From Tubiluchus corallicola (Eukaryota > Animalia > Priapulida), in NCBI GenBank assembly GCA_030141605.1, contig JAQGDQ010000931.1, positions 1 to 64,000 on the forward strand: a stretch of DNA of 64,000 nucleotides. The letters are read 5' to 3'. The notes beneath the pieces are model-generated. The model was not told where the DNA came from, did not search any database, and saw only the letters and a program-made list of their open reading frames with translations. Each line of letters begins with the position of its first letter. Position 1 is the stretch's first letter. Of this stretch, positions 13,305 through 25,858 are shown piece by piece. Both the position numbers and the translations under genes were made by a program.

Positions 13305-13791
13305 CACGGATGAGAATGATAAATTGCAAAAAACTCTGAAACAGGCTGGGGGTTTGGGGGCCGCGTAGGCCCCCATGTGGGTTCTAGCAACAATTGCAAT
13401 TTTGTGACCATAGAGACCTCTAAGTGGACTTAAAATATCAATTACCTTGTTTCATGCATATTTAAAATACCCAACTATCAGGATACATGATACCTAATTG
13501 TCTCAAAAACGTCTAAGTACTGGCCGCTCCTATGCAAAAGTATATAAAAACTGTCTGCAATTGACTCAAATAACTCCGCACAATTGATTCTATATTTTTA
13601 TACATAGAGATATACACGTGGTTACACTGATGTACGTGATGTAAACAAAGTGACGGCCTGCCAACTAGCGGTCAGCTTGTGAAATGAAGTACAGGGTCCG
13701 TAAAAATTTTCTCAACGAATTTACACGATTTACAAAAATGGCACTACTGGTCTTCCAAAAACTCCGGATCTGCGGAAAATTCTCATCCCTG
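13305..13791 (+). mobile_element. CAGGGATGAG-TIR MITE, copy 1 of 3
   Basis: TIR CA(C/G)GGATGAGAAT...ATTCTCATCCCTG; flanks ATATTA/ATATTA; homologous to 17763-18220 and 24360-24877. Confidence 0.85.
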
Positions 13792-14164
13792 ATATTACAA
13801 GGGATGCAAAAAAAGCAAATGGCATCTTGCAAGATGCCGCATTTGTTGTAAATACATTGTAAATGCAAAACGATCTAAATTGGTTAGATTAACTACATTA
13901 ACTATATCATCATCTTAGTCTAGCACACAAAAGAAGTTAACACCCTCAACAACATTCAATTTTAAGTAATTTTTACCATTTTTCCATTACAGAGATAAGG
14001 AATTGTTCTCCATTTCTATTGTTACAGTAATTTTCAAATTTACGTACTGGTGGCTCCATCTTTGGGATTTTTTAACATTTCTTACACTAATGTGCAGATG
14101 AAGGCAGCCTAAGAATTGCATTAATTGTCTAAATTAAACTTGAAAAATGGTTTGATGTGCTTAC

Positions 14165-14277
14165 GTTTTGTAAATCAGCAATTTGTTTATTTAACGAGTT
14201 TATATCTTGTTTAATGATGTACGTCAATTCTTGGATCTCCACCGGCCTGTCGTCAAACAACGATCGCTTTTTTGCCA
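14165..14277 (-). CDS. STX5: Syntaxin-5, coding exon 5
   Basis: tttcag|(L)AKKRSLFDDRPVEIQELTYIIKQDINSLNKQIADLQN|gtaagc; 113 nt, phase 1-0. Confidence 0.96.
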
Positions 14278-14988
14278 CTGAAAAAGAGTCGTGTCATTAG
14301 CCAGGTTCATTTAAAACAACGTCACTGCAGTACGCAACCTCAGATCTAGTTATATAGCCTAGGGGTGGCAGGCACGTAGCCAGGGGGAACCATGGGAGCC
14401 TAGGTTCCCCTGTCGAAGAATTTTAAAAAAATTATGCACGTTTTGTATCATTTCTAGCTGTCCGGCGGTTCTTAATAAAAAAATTAACGAACAAACATTT
14501 GATTTACTGCACTAACATTTTTTTGTTATCTCTTCGTACGGTCTTTCGTCACTCTTTCGCCTCCATACAATTAACCTTTCCTTTTAACACCAAGTAGGCT
14601 GCTAGTTTCGCTAGCAATTTTTATCTTAAAACTTGCCGAGTTTTAGTACAACACACTGAATATCTTACAGTAGCACTGTAGTTCAATTTTCGCGTTTGCA
14701 AACGCGTGCAACCCGCTTGTGGAATATTTTTACTGTTGGAAATTATGTTAGTTTGTGATGTCATCAATAGCTGAGCTCATCCACTGTTAAATAAGTTTTT
14801 AATCTAAATTTTAATTACCATAAACACTTTCAGAATTACTTGTGTTAAAATGTTTAGTTTTTATCAGATTTGAAAATGTGGTAGTATGTGGAAAATCACC
14901 GTCTTTAGTTACGAAGCGTTTTTTGAAATGCTTGCACTTTAAATTTGTGTATTTGTCCCCTCTGTCCCTTCCACGGAAAAATAATCTG

Positions 14989-15190
14989 GTATTGGAAATT
15001 CCTCTCTGTTGGGTAATGGCGTTGAATGAAATCTCAAAGTACTTGTCATCTTTCACTACGTAATCAGTTACACGTAGCAATACCTGCGGTGGTCAACATC
15101 GCTTTTTTACCTGTAAATCTCTTGTATTTGCACTAACATAGCATTGTAAACAACCCGATAATCTTCTCTGATGCTGGATTCTAATTACAA
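14989..15190. repeat. About 200-bp near-identical dispersed duplicate (other copy about 19067-19268)
   Basis: TATTGGAAATTCCTCTCTGTTGGG...GCTGGATTCTAATTACAA is present twice with about 2 differences. Confidence 0.9.
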
Positions 15191-16354
15191 CCAGAATGTA
15201 GCTGCCTAGCAGAGCCGTCTTGGGCATGCTGGGCTTTGCCCGGGGCCCCATGAGAATACGGTGCCCCATCCTAATCTATGTACACCATTACTTGCTAGCA
15301 ATAAATCAATACTATATTGTACTATGGAAAATAACATCCTTAAGACAATTTTCTTCGACCAAATTATCAAGCAAATCTTTGCAAAGAAACTTCGCGAATG
15401 TTTGTGCTGAACACTCGACTAACGATAAACAATTCATAATAATTTCTCTATATAGTTTAGCATCTGAGTGTCATCTATATGAATTTTTTTTGGCGTTTTT
15501 CAAGGCTGATATTGTTCAAATATTTGTGTTGACTGATCTTCGCTGTATAGCATATTTTTTAAAGGAAGACAGGATGATTTTTCATATACTACCCCATTTT
15601 CAAATCTGATAAAAAGTATACATTTTAACACAATTAAAAACCATTTCTGATAATTAAATAATAGATTAAAAACTTAATTGGTAGTGGGTAAGCTCAACAA
15701 TTATTGATCACATCACAAAGTAACAATTTTCAACAGCAAAAATATTCCACGAGCGTGTTGCGCGTGTTTGTGAAAGCGAAAATTGAAGTACAGTGTTACT
15801 GTAAGATATTTAGTGTGTTGTTCTAAAACTAGGCAGCTAAAATTCAAATTTTACATTTACTGCTGTGCTCACGCATGAGCTGTCGAACATGTGTAGTTCG
15901 TCAGAAATTAACACATCTGAAATGAGAGGCAGTCGCCTGTTTTTTGTGTAAGGCGTTTCCAAAATGCAGGCGCTAGTGCCTGTCTAACTAGCGAATGGCG
16001 AAATGCATGTAGCAGTGAAGAACTAGTGGCACGAACATGGAAATGTGTTTGTGTGGTAATGGTTCTTTCACGTAAGTCATTTTTAAAAAAATAGCATGTT
16101 TCCTTTCAAATGGCAAGGGAAAAGAGTAGAACGTTTTGACGTACAGTTTAAGATTGGGTCAGGTTTTGCTTTAATTCACGTACTTTAAATACAGTGCTTT
16201 AATTACTACTCATATGTAGCAAAAAAATCATATGTTGCCAAATGAATAATAGTCTGCAATTTTGCATATTCGTATGTTTTTAGCACCCCTTTTAGTTGAC
16301 TGTTTGCTATCCCATATAGATATCCAAATATATATAAACTTAATAAGCACTTAC

Positions 16355-16410
16355 ATATTGTCAACTTTTCTAACTTCGTAAATGTGTTACTTAAATCGTG
16401 ACCTATGCGT
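16355..16410 (-). CDS. STX5: Syntaxin-5, coding exon 4
   Basis: ctttag|(R)RIGHDLSNTFTKLEKLTI|gtaagt; 56 nt, phase 2-1. Confidence 0.96.
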
Positions 16411-16813
16411 CTAAAGAAACAAAAGTAAAAAAGTATTAATCACCATGTAAACATCCAAAAAATCAAATAACGGTTGTAAATATATTTAATTCTGGGTAAA
16501 TGAACTTCAGTCTAAACAAAAATCAATCAGTTAAAATAAAATTTGATAACTTTAGACCGATTAAATTGAATATTTATTGATTAAACTTAAGAGTGTTAAC
16601 ACGATAAAATAATATTTACGGCACAGGTGAAATAACAATTGTTTAATTAAACACGATGGAGCCTAATGAAGTTTACGTGAAGTTTAATTGATATAAGAAA
16701 ATTGTGAGTTTTCTCTTCATCTAGAAACTAAAGCTGAAAATTCACAGAGACTGTAGCGTTTGAAAAATGCACATCAATAGGTAAAATCAAAACTTAAACG
16801 ATTAAAAGTAATC

Positions 16814-17313
16814 AGAATACGCAATTAAAACTATACTCAACGTATGTTAAACATGTATTTTGGTATGTACTGTGGAAGTTGGAATTGTACATTGTAGTTA
16901 GGTGCTGCCATCTATGTGCTAATCTTGTAACATTCTACTAGCTGACTTACCTTCAGAATACGCAATTAAAACTACACTCGACGTATGTTAAACATGTATT
17001 TTGGTAGGTACTGTGGAAGTTGTAAATGTACATTGTAGTTAGGTGCTGCCATCTATGTGCTAATGTTGTTACAGTCTACCAGCTGACTTATCTTCAGTAT
17101 AATTGTATGGTCCAGTGACTACATACACACTGGTCCTCTCCCTATGTAAAATTAATGGTTGTTGTGAAGCCTGTGCAAGTGCTGCCATCTATGTGCTAAT
17201 CCTGTACATTCTACCAGCTGACTTGCCTTCAGTATAATTGTATGTTCCAGTGAATACATACACACTGGTCCTCTCCCTATCTTAAATTAATGGTTGTTGT
17301 GAAGCCTGTGCAA
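16814..17313. repeat. Overlapping tandem duplications of about 135-140 bp
   Basis: CAGAATACGCAATTAAAAC at 16814 and 16954; GTGCTGCCATCTATGTGCTAAT at 16902, 17043 and 17179. Confidence 0.85.
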
Positions 17314-17657
17314 CTCTGCATAGGTCAAGTTCTATACCTGTATACTGGCTGTGAAACAGGTTTTACTGACTGTTTTTGCTTTCTAGTTTTTGCTCAATGT
17401 TCAGTGCAGCAGTTTTGCTACTCATGTTTTCTGTAGTTTAATAAACACTTTTCTGTTGTGTGCAGTGCAAATATTTATTATAGATTTTTGGTTCCTATCC
17501 ATACTTCTCTGTGCCTAAACTCAATCATAACAAAGTGACTGAACAACAACTTCAAAAATGACTTTCACAGGTACTAATATAAACTAGAAAAAGCTAAAAT
17601 AGGAGAGAAAGTCAAATGTATAAAACACACATATAAATGAAAATACGTTACTCTCAC

Positions 17658-17734
17658 CTAGCTACTTGCATAAATTCACTCCGCTGTTTTAACACTGGGT
17701 TGGTCTGGTAAGCGTTTGTTAATGGCCCATTACC
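17658..17734 (-). CDS. STX5: Syntaxin-5, coding exon 3
   Basis: ttttag|GNGPLTNAYQTNPVLKQRSEFMQVA(R)|gtgaga; 77 nt, phase 0-2. Confidence 0.93.
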
Positions 17735-17762
17735 CTAAAATATGGAAACATAACAGCATATT

Positions 17763-18220
17763 TAGGGATGAGATTGACAAATTGCAAAAAACTCTGAAAC
17801 ATGCCAGGGGTTTGGGGGCCGCACAGGCAGCAACAAATTGCAATTTTGTGACCATAGAAAGCCTCTAACTGGACTTAAAATATCAGTTACCTTGTTTCAT
17901 GCATAATTTAAAATACCCAACTATCAAGGATACATGATACCTAATTGTCTAAAAAACGTCTAAGTACTGGCCGCTGCTATGCAAACGTTTATAAAAACTG
18001 TCTACAATTGACTCAAATAACTCCACACAATTGATTCTATATTTTTATACATACAGATATACACGTGGTTACACTGATGTACGTGATGCAAACAAAGTGA
18101 CGGCCTGCCACCTAGCGGTCAGCTTGTGAAATAATGTAGTGGGTCCGATTTACAATAATGGCACTACTGGTCTTCCAAAAACTCGGAATTCCGAGTATCC
18201 GCGGAAAATTCTCATCCCTG
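17763..18220 (+). mobile_element. CAGGGATGAG-TIR MITE, copy 2 of 3
   Basis: Homologous along its length to 13305-13791; ends ATTCTCATCCCTG. Confidence 0.85.
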
Positions 18221-18562
18221 TTATTTGCTGTTTATAAAGTCACTTTAAAAAGTTGCAAAAAGAAGTGAAATTTAGTTTTCACGAGAATTATTTTAGTCAT
18301 GCAAAAAATTAAAAGTCATCTTTTGATTCTTAATTCATTTACTGTTGAAATATGCAAGCCAGACAATTCCACTATTAAAATTCATCAATGACATTTTTAC
18401 TTTTAGAAAAAGTGTTTTCTGAAAAGGCCTCCTGGGTCAAATTCCATTAGCGTGTTGTATCATCACATTACAGTCTTCCAGCAAGTAAACTGCTTTGCGT
18501 ATACAAGCATACAACACCGAGTAAACACAACAACACAGACCCGTCGATCAACTAACGCTTAC

Positions 18563-18690
18563 CATCCTACTGCGCATGTTCTTCGCAGTGGACATGAACT
18601 CCGTGGTTCTGTCACGGCACGTCATATCCGGTTCTATTTGTTCTAATGTTTGAACTAACGGCACCCCTAGCAGCTCTCTTCTGTCTGTTC
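18563..18690 (-). CDS. STX5: Syntaxin-5, coding exon 2 (contains short-isoform start MTCRDRT)
   Basis: tcacag|(G)TDRRELLGVPLVQTLEQIEPDMTCRDRTTEFMSTAKNMRSRM|gtaagc; 128 nt, phase 1-0. RDRTxEF is the Sed5/STX5 N-peptide. Confidence 0.95.
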
Positions 18691-18760
18691 CTGTGAAAAA
18701 AATGCACAAATTGAATTGTAGAGTATCATATTTATTGCGCATGACCAGAATAAACCATTA

Positions 18761-19061
18761 GACAACCTCACTCGACAACAATCCCACATAAACCAATGGA
18801 CAGCCTCACTCGACCATAATCCCACATAAACCAATGGACAACCTCGCTCGACAACAATCGCGCATAAACCAATGGACAGCCTCGCTCGACAACAATCCCA
18901 CATAAACCAATGAACAACCTCACTCGACAACAATCCCACATAAACCAATGGACAACCTCGCTCGACAACAATCCCGCATAAACCATTGGACAACCTCGCT
19001 CGACAACAATCCCGCACAAACCAATGGACAACCTCGCTCGACAACAATCCCGCATAAACCA
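18761..19061. repeat. 38-bp minisatellite, about 8 copies
   Basis: Unit GACAACCTCGCTCGACAACAATCCCACATAAACCAATG, period 38. Confidence 0.95.
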
Positions 19062-21492
19062 TTTTGTATTGGAAATTCCTCTCTGTTGGGTAATGGCGTT
19101 GAATGAAATCTCAAAGTACTTGTAATCTTTCACTACGTAATCAGTTACACGTAGCAATACCTGCGGTGGTCAACATCGCTTGTTTACCTGTAAATCTCTT
19201 GTATTTGCACTAACATAGCATTGTAAACAACCCGATAATCTTCTCTGATGCTGGATTCTAATTACAATTTACAGGTTAGGATTACGTCCGGTTTTGCTTT
19301 AACCACAAGAAAACTCTTCATTTAAATCTAAAACTATGTCAAATGTCTACAACTTATTTCTGCCGTGACTAGGAGTTCACTTAGAACTGTTATTTGCAAA
19401 GGCAATAACAGCCACATATTTGACAAATTATCGTCGTAATCCTGCTTTTGTACGCAACAGATCTTATGGCAAATCTTGTCCGCTTACAACGGATTTTGGA
19501 TAAAACTGATTGCTGCTATGATCGAACATTCAGACAGTTCTGGCTATAAATGTTCAGACAAATCCGCTGTTAGCCAGACAGGAAGCATAGTTGGCAGGTG
19601 AAGTGCTACGCATCACACACGGCAGCATCTAACTAATACCAACGAACCAATGTAAAGTACCAGTGTAACATTTACCGCTTTAAAACGTCAGTTAAACGAT
19701 ATCTGTTTACTTCTTATATAAACTAGTCTTGATAACCACCTACTGTTCCTGTGTGACACAACAGTCACAACTTTGTGTTCTTTTTGAGTAGAATCCAGAG
19801 TGCTTCGTCATCTCATGAGCCGAATCTCCACAAGCCACTCTTCCTACCCTTTTGAACATTCTTTTATCCATCACTTCTATCCTTACTTTGCACAACTCTT
19901 TTTTAAATTGCCTAAAAACCTTCGTTTTTTTGTTCTTTTTTCTCAGTTTTTGGACGTGTTTATAATGGTGCAAGCACCTAACAAGTTTCACTGCCATTTA
20001 TTATGTGCACGCTGTCATATAATCATTATTATTAATATCTACTTTTTAACTGTGTTTCCTGTATAATGTATTTACACTTCCAAATAAATTTATTATTATT
20101 ATTATTATTATAGTTACATTTATATTGTGCTTTAATAACCTAATTTTATGATAACAAGCTATCTTCTTGAAAACCATATAAATTTTACATGAGTATTAAA
20201 CCAATTCACTATTATTATATTATTTTCGAACACACATGTACAGTTAAGTTATATAAGTGGTTCAATTAAAAGAAATTAGTAGACTAGCAGTAAAAGTAAA
20301 AATAAATATTCAACACTGACAATAAAAACAACAACAAAAACAAGCACGGATATTATTTACATACAAGAAAACAAAGCAATTAATTTAAAAAGATACCACA
20401 CATTCTAACATTTCTCTCAACTGATATTTTGATAAAAATTAAAATTTTTGTTTTTCATACAAGTTATAAAATTTTTTGCAAAGTTTATTGTCGCTAGCTG
20501 CCTGGAATCTAACTCGCATCCTTTTACAATTATATGAGTTAATACAAGAAAATTTGTAAATAAATCTTTTAGAGTAACATTATTTTCTATAACAATTGTA
20601 ATACAAGTTGAAACCCATTATTGACTTTACGTCATATAACGTCTGCTTGGATACAAAGTTAATTGTCGAGTTACTACTATTTTTACATATAATTATTTTT
20701 ATATACTACATAGAATTTAAAGGACAAGAAAAGGGGCACCTGAAGTAGGTTTCAGAAAAATCACCTTAAAAATTATATTACTTTATAGCAATTTGATGCA
20801 TATATCGTACTCGCACTGAAAGGAATTGTCGTTGTACTCATTTTAAATCTCCCGCAATGCTGTTCCGACATCGCCATTACATGACGTCACTACGCCACGT
20901 AAATCAGTGGAAGAAAAGGCAATGTTAAATTATGACCCAAAAAACTTTCCGTGCAAATCTATTTTACTTAGCATTTCACTTACCTGCTGTAAAGACTTAT
21001 GTAACTAAACTAATAATTTAAAATATTGTGAAAATTGGTAAAATGTCACCGACTCACCCTCCAGGGTGCGCCACTGACTAGCCAAAAACGTATTTTTAAT
21101 CTTATTGAAAAGACACAGTAATTTAAAATTTTACTTGATTAGCAACATGTATGCTACGAATGTTCTGATTATTTTTTCAAACTTTACTCAATGTTATCTA
21201 AACATGTTTCTAACGACCTACGATTAAAATGGCTGCGCCTAACGGTCATCGCGGGAGTTCAGATTTAGACGTTTTATACAGCGTTACGGCCGATGCAAGC
21301 ACTGCACACGAAAAGGTAGTATGTAAGTGGTATAAAATTATTCAAGTTCCAACATGCGTAACCGTAATATCCTAGGTAACTATAAAGGCAATGGCAAGAA
21401 TTGAAATTGTGCACACAAAGTTTGAAAATACATCGAGCTGTGTCAGTACCCGACAGAAAAAAAGCTAGTAATATTAATAACACTTGTAATAC

Positions 21493-21616
21493 CTGTCTGA
21501 TTCGAATGTCGCTGATATCCGTTTATGTACGAATGCTGATGAGCAGGGTTGTTTAGGGAATCCCGTTCGGAATGAGATTCACCTTCTGACGTACGGCGAC
21601 GGCGAGGCGTGGTCAT
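21493..21616 (-). CDS. STX5: Syntaxin-5, coding exon 1 (long-isoform N-terminus)
   Basis: ATG start, MTTPRRRRTSEGESHSERDSLNNPAHQHSYINGYQRHSNQT, then |gtatta. Phase 1 joins in frame with exon 18563-18690. Arginine cluster resembles the RKR motif of the mammalian long isoform. Confidence 0.8.
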
Positions 21617-22399
21617 CGGATCGACGAAACGAAGGCAGCGATTCTGGGCAAGTCATTCATCCAATCAGTGAGTGATCAGCTTGGATTTTGCAACTATTTA
21701 ATCATTCTGCATTTAATAATCAAGTAAAAAAATTTAATTTTGGCTGGAAATTTTAATTCCTATACTATTAGGTAATGAGACAGCAGGCTTATTTTACATA
21801 GAGGCTGAAGCTGAGTCAGTTGCTACTACATCAGCTGACTCGCACAGTAAATCAGCTAGCTCAAGTCAGCTAAAGCTGTGAATTTTTGTTAACTAAAGAA
21901 ATAAAAATTGTAAGTTAACTGTTAAATATGGAGACAAATTTTTTAAATAATTCATTTGCTCATACACAGATGAAAAATTCAAATAATGCATTAGAGATTA
22001 TAAAAAAGCAATGGATTTATAGCAAATATTTACAAGGCTTATCTGATTACAACAAATCAATACTAAAATAATTTCATACGTGTGACTTACGTTGCCTATA
22101 TGTGTATTTAATTTTGAAATGACCAGTAGTAATGCCAACGTCACACGTAGGATGTAACCAAAGTGACAGAGGGGAGTGTTGGCACAACTGAAGCCATAGT
22201 GCTCTTACATTCAGCATTATCTCAATTTTTAAACAAATACTGCGTATTTTCACAGAATTCTATACACAAAGTATTGACGAGCAATCGTGGAAGTAGCGCG
22301 GATAGTCGTAATGCGCCAAGCAATCGTGTCGAATAGGTAATCGCTCGGCGAAAACTGGATTCTCATAGAGTGCCAAAATAGAAAGAATATACGGTATAC

Positions 22400-22760
22400 C
22401 TATTCATGGGTATCCAAACGAAGTGGTGTAATCGATTTTGATATCAAATCCTACGAATTCTGACTTTTTCGCAGCTTAAAAATGTTTGCACTGTTTGATA
22501 AACTTTGTCCAGATTGTAATTTTGACAATGGTTGTTGACACAACTTCTCAACAATTTCACGAAACACGTAATCGGCAATACGAGAAATCTGCTACGCACT
22601 TAGTTACTCAACCGAAACAAACAGAGCATGCGCAAAGGCTGGCTCACAATTTTTGTACAGTAGAATCGTCACCCACGTGCCTACTTGCAATGCACCAAGT
22701 CAGTGTATTGCCTGTAGTGTTTGTTATCACTGTTGTGCAGTGAATTAAAGATTAATGCGT
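22400..22760. promoter_or_regulatory. Putative bidirectional promoter of STX5 and MTR
   Basis: Lies between two divergent genes. NRF1-like GCATGCGCA at 22626-22634, E-box CACGTG at 22674-22679, Inr-like TCAGT near 22700. Confidence 0.45.
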
Positions 22761-23030
22761 CTGGGCTTGTTAAAATTTATATGTTTCAGATACGTGAATT
22801 CATTTAAACTACGTGCTAATTCCTTAAAGTACGTGCGGCACTTTTTCAATTTATTTTGTGTTAACAACTGTGCATGTTAATGTTATCATTACCTACTTTC
22901 GAGATTTTATTGTTAAATTAATTAATTCATTAATGATTTGAAAATCATGAAAATACAATTCTAGGCAAAAGCAGTTTTGACCCTATGACAAGCCTCCTGT
23001 CTTTGCAGATATTCATTCTATTCCACAAGC

Positions 23031-23231
23031 ATGGTGGCAAACAAAATTACGGAGGTTCTTCGGGAGAGGATAATGATCATAGATGGTGCAATGGGCACCA
23101 TGATTCAGCGTCAGAAACTAACAGAGGACAACTTTCGGGGAGAGGAATTCAGAAACCATTCTGTGAAGCTTCAGGGCAACAATGATATACTCAGCATTAC
23201 TCGTCCACAATTAATCTACGATATACATTTG
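23031..23231 (+). CDS. MTR: Cobalamin-dependent methionine synthase, first visible coding exon
   Basis: [30 protein letters not shown]...[21 protein letters not shown]|gtgcga (MetH homocysteine-binding domain N-terminus); upstream acceptor ctttgcag ends at 23008. Confidence 0.95.
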
Positions 23232-23579
23232 GTGCGACTATAAATAGTGATGTTAACCATTTAATAATTTTGTGACTTTTGTCATATATTTTGTCTAACG
23301 ACCTTCATAGACAAGATTGCACTTCCATGAATAGTGTGCAGTCCAAATTATTATGAAGTCATAAGTTAAGGAATAGAATGCAAGTTAAGTTTGAAAGATT
23401 TCAACTACGACTTCATGTGTACGTAATGTGTTATGCGTGATCCGTAATGCGTTGTGCATATACAACAGTTTATATCTAAACTTGTGTAAGTGTTTCTATG
23501 TGTACGTAATGCACAATAATAGAAATAATTTCGTTTACGACATGGTCTAAGGATAACACCTTAAATACCTCAATACTTA

Positions 23580-23751
23580 TTTCCGAGATGGTCCCGATTA
23601 TTATTACCCGCACGTTACGTCGATAAACCCGCGTGCTCGGTCAAAGAACCATCGGTACCATTTTTCAAGTCTTTGGTTTGATTCGGTCGAGAGTTGAAAC
23701 CCGCTACCTTCCGGGTGGGAAGCAAGCACACTACCATTGAGCTATGCCACC
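23580..23751 (-). mobile_element. tRNA-derived SINE
   Basis: Reverse strand: GGTGGCATAGCTCAATGGTAG (A-box), a degenerate B-box, then ACCAAAGACTTGAAAAATGGTACC, resembling a conserved invertebrate SINE central domain. Confidence 0.65.
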
Positions 23752-24359
23752 CGATCACAATCTGCTCGATCCATATTCACTCGAACGTGATGGCTATTGT
23801 TTGAATACGCATCACGCAGCAATACACAGATAGGAAATCATCATTGCCTAGGTGGTTATAGTGAGTTTTCTACACTATTATTCCTACACATTATTTCTAC
23901 ACTTACATCTTGCTACATTTGCAAACAGCGACCAAAAATGGCGGAAAGGACTCCGTGAGCTTTGTTAATGCGCGTAGCATTCACTGACACATGGAAATAG
24001 TCAATACGCATTACAGATCACGCATTACGCAGTTCGTGCACATGGAGTCATTGCTTAACACGTATTTCATAAGTGTAGGAGTTGACCTAATACGTGTGCA
24101 GTCATTGTTACCTTGTCGAGCAAAGACTTGGGCACTGATGAACACGCTGATTCAGGCGGACTGCAGGGTGATGCGTAAGTGCGAGTGTGATGGAGTGACA
24201 GCATTCAGAGTAAAGAGATTGCAAGAAGATGATTGAGTGAGATTGATGATAAGCTGTGGTGAAGAATAATCATCATTCTTCATCGTCATGTGGTGAGAGA
24301 CCGAAGATGGGAATTTGGTGAGGGGAGAAGATGTGGGTTGAAGTAAAAGTCACGAAACA

Positions 24360-24877
24360 CAGGGATGGTAATTTTCCACGGATACGTGGAATTCCGAGTT
24401 TTTGGAAGACCAGTAGTGCCATTTTAGTAAATCGCGTAAATTCGTTGAGAAAATTTTTACGGACCCAGTACATTATTTCACAAGATGACCGCTAGTTGGC
24501 AGGCCGTCACTTTGTTTACATCATGTACATCAGTGTAACCACGTGTATATCTCTATGTATAAAAATATAGAATCAATTGTGTGGAGTTATTTGAGTCAAT
24601 TGCAGACAGTTTTTATATACTTTTGCATAGGAGCGGCCAGTAGTTAGGTTTGAGACAATTAGGTATCATGTATCCTTGATAGATGGGTATTTTAAATTAT
24701 GCATGAAACAAGGTAATTCATATTTTAAGTTCACTTAGAGGCTCTCTATGGTCACAAAACTGCAATTTGTTGCTGGCTCCCAGGGGGCTTTGCCCCTCAA
24801 CCCCATTGCGGGCCTAGGTGGCCCCAAAACCCCCGGCCTGTTTCAGAGTTTTTTGCAATTTATCATTCTCATCCCTG
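24360..24877 (-). mobile_element. CAGGGATGAG-TIR MITE, copy 3 of 3
   Basis: Reverse-complement homologue of 13305-13791; flanks GAAACA/GAAACC. Confidence 0.85.
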
Positions 24878-24927
24878 GAAACCCGGAGGGTAGACCAGTC
24901 TACTGGGAAAACCAAAGAACATCACAG

Positions 24928-25350
24928 GTAGAGTGTGTGCAAGATAATGGGAAGTTGATTAGAATTGAAGAAAAATTGGTACATGTGTATTGTTACTGTT
25001 ACACTATCTGTACACAACCCACTATAATCATTAGTGTTTTTGTCTAATAAAATAAGAAAACTATAAATGAGAATGTGGATGCAGTACTTAATCTATAGCA
25101 GTGTTGTCATTTTGATTTTATTTAGAAAATTTGATTTCAAATGTGATTTATGCTACAGTTACAACTGAGCTGCGGAATGCTATGTTTCAGCGCTCTTAAA
25201 GGATGTATACGTTGTATTTATTTTACAATTGTCATTTAAACTTAGGGACATATAAAAAAGAAATTTGCAAAAACTGTGTATAAAGTATAATTTTAATTTT
25301 TATTGCCACTGTATAGAAATATTCAGGTGCGGTGGTGCCACCATTCACTT
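24928..25350. repeat. Left arm of about 420-bp inverted duplication (right arm about 28305-28741)
   Basis: Reverse complements match almost perfectly over about 370 bp and degrade towards the inner ends. Confidence 0.9.
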
Positions 25351-25519
25351 TGAAAATTATGATGTAACTGGGGTGGACTTCATGACTTTTCGTTATTACA
25401 TCGTGGCTTTCCGTGAGTGCACCCTGCTTAAACTAATTCAGATTTCTGCAGCTTTCCTAATGTTCAGGCAAAAATATCACAAAATTAGCTGTCTATTTTT
25501 TTCTAAAAACTTATTATAT

Positions 25520-25858
25520 TGTAACGGATCCGGGTCCTTTCCAGCCGCGGATCCGTCTCAGGATGTATCGAGCGGCATACAAGTTATGAAATACTTTACA
25601 GCAGACGAGAAAAGTAAAAAGAATACGAATGTAAAATAAACTTTAATGCACAACCAGTAGCTCCATGACATGTGAACAGATTTTTGTATAAAGATCAGCA
25701 AACCTACAGCATTTACCCTTACAGGCAGAAAGGCCAGGTTGGAATCATCAAATTACGGCATGCATTCTGTTTTATACAGGTACATTTGCATTACTGGGCT
25801 TCTTCAACCATACCCATTACTAACATTAGGGGGTTGGTCATAATCTGCCTTCGTAACA
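25520..25858 (-). mobile_element. Solo LTR
   Basis: TGTAACG...CGTAACA termini, 4-bp TSD ATAT, ATTAAA signal on the minus strand; 339 bp. Confidence 0.7.

Noticed and set aside
23690-23751. Functional tRNA gene (also 3866-3905)
   Set aside because: A/B-box remnants without a full cloverleaf; the 23690-23751 copy continues into SINE body sequence.
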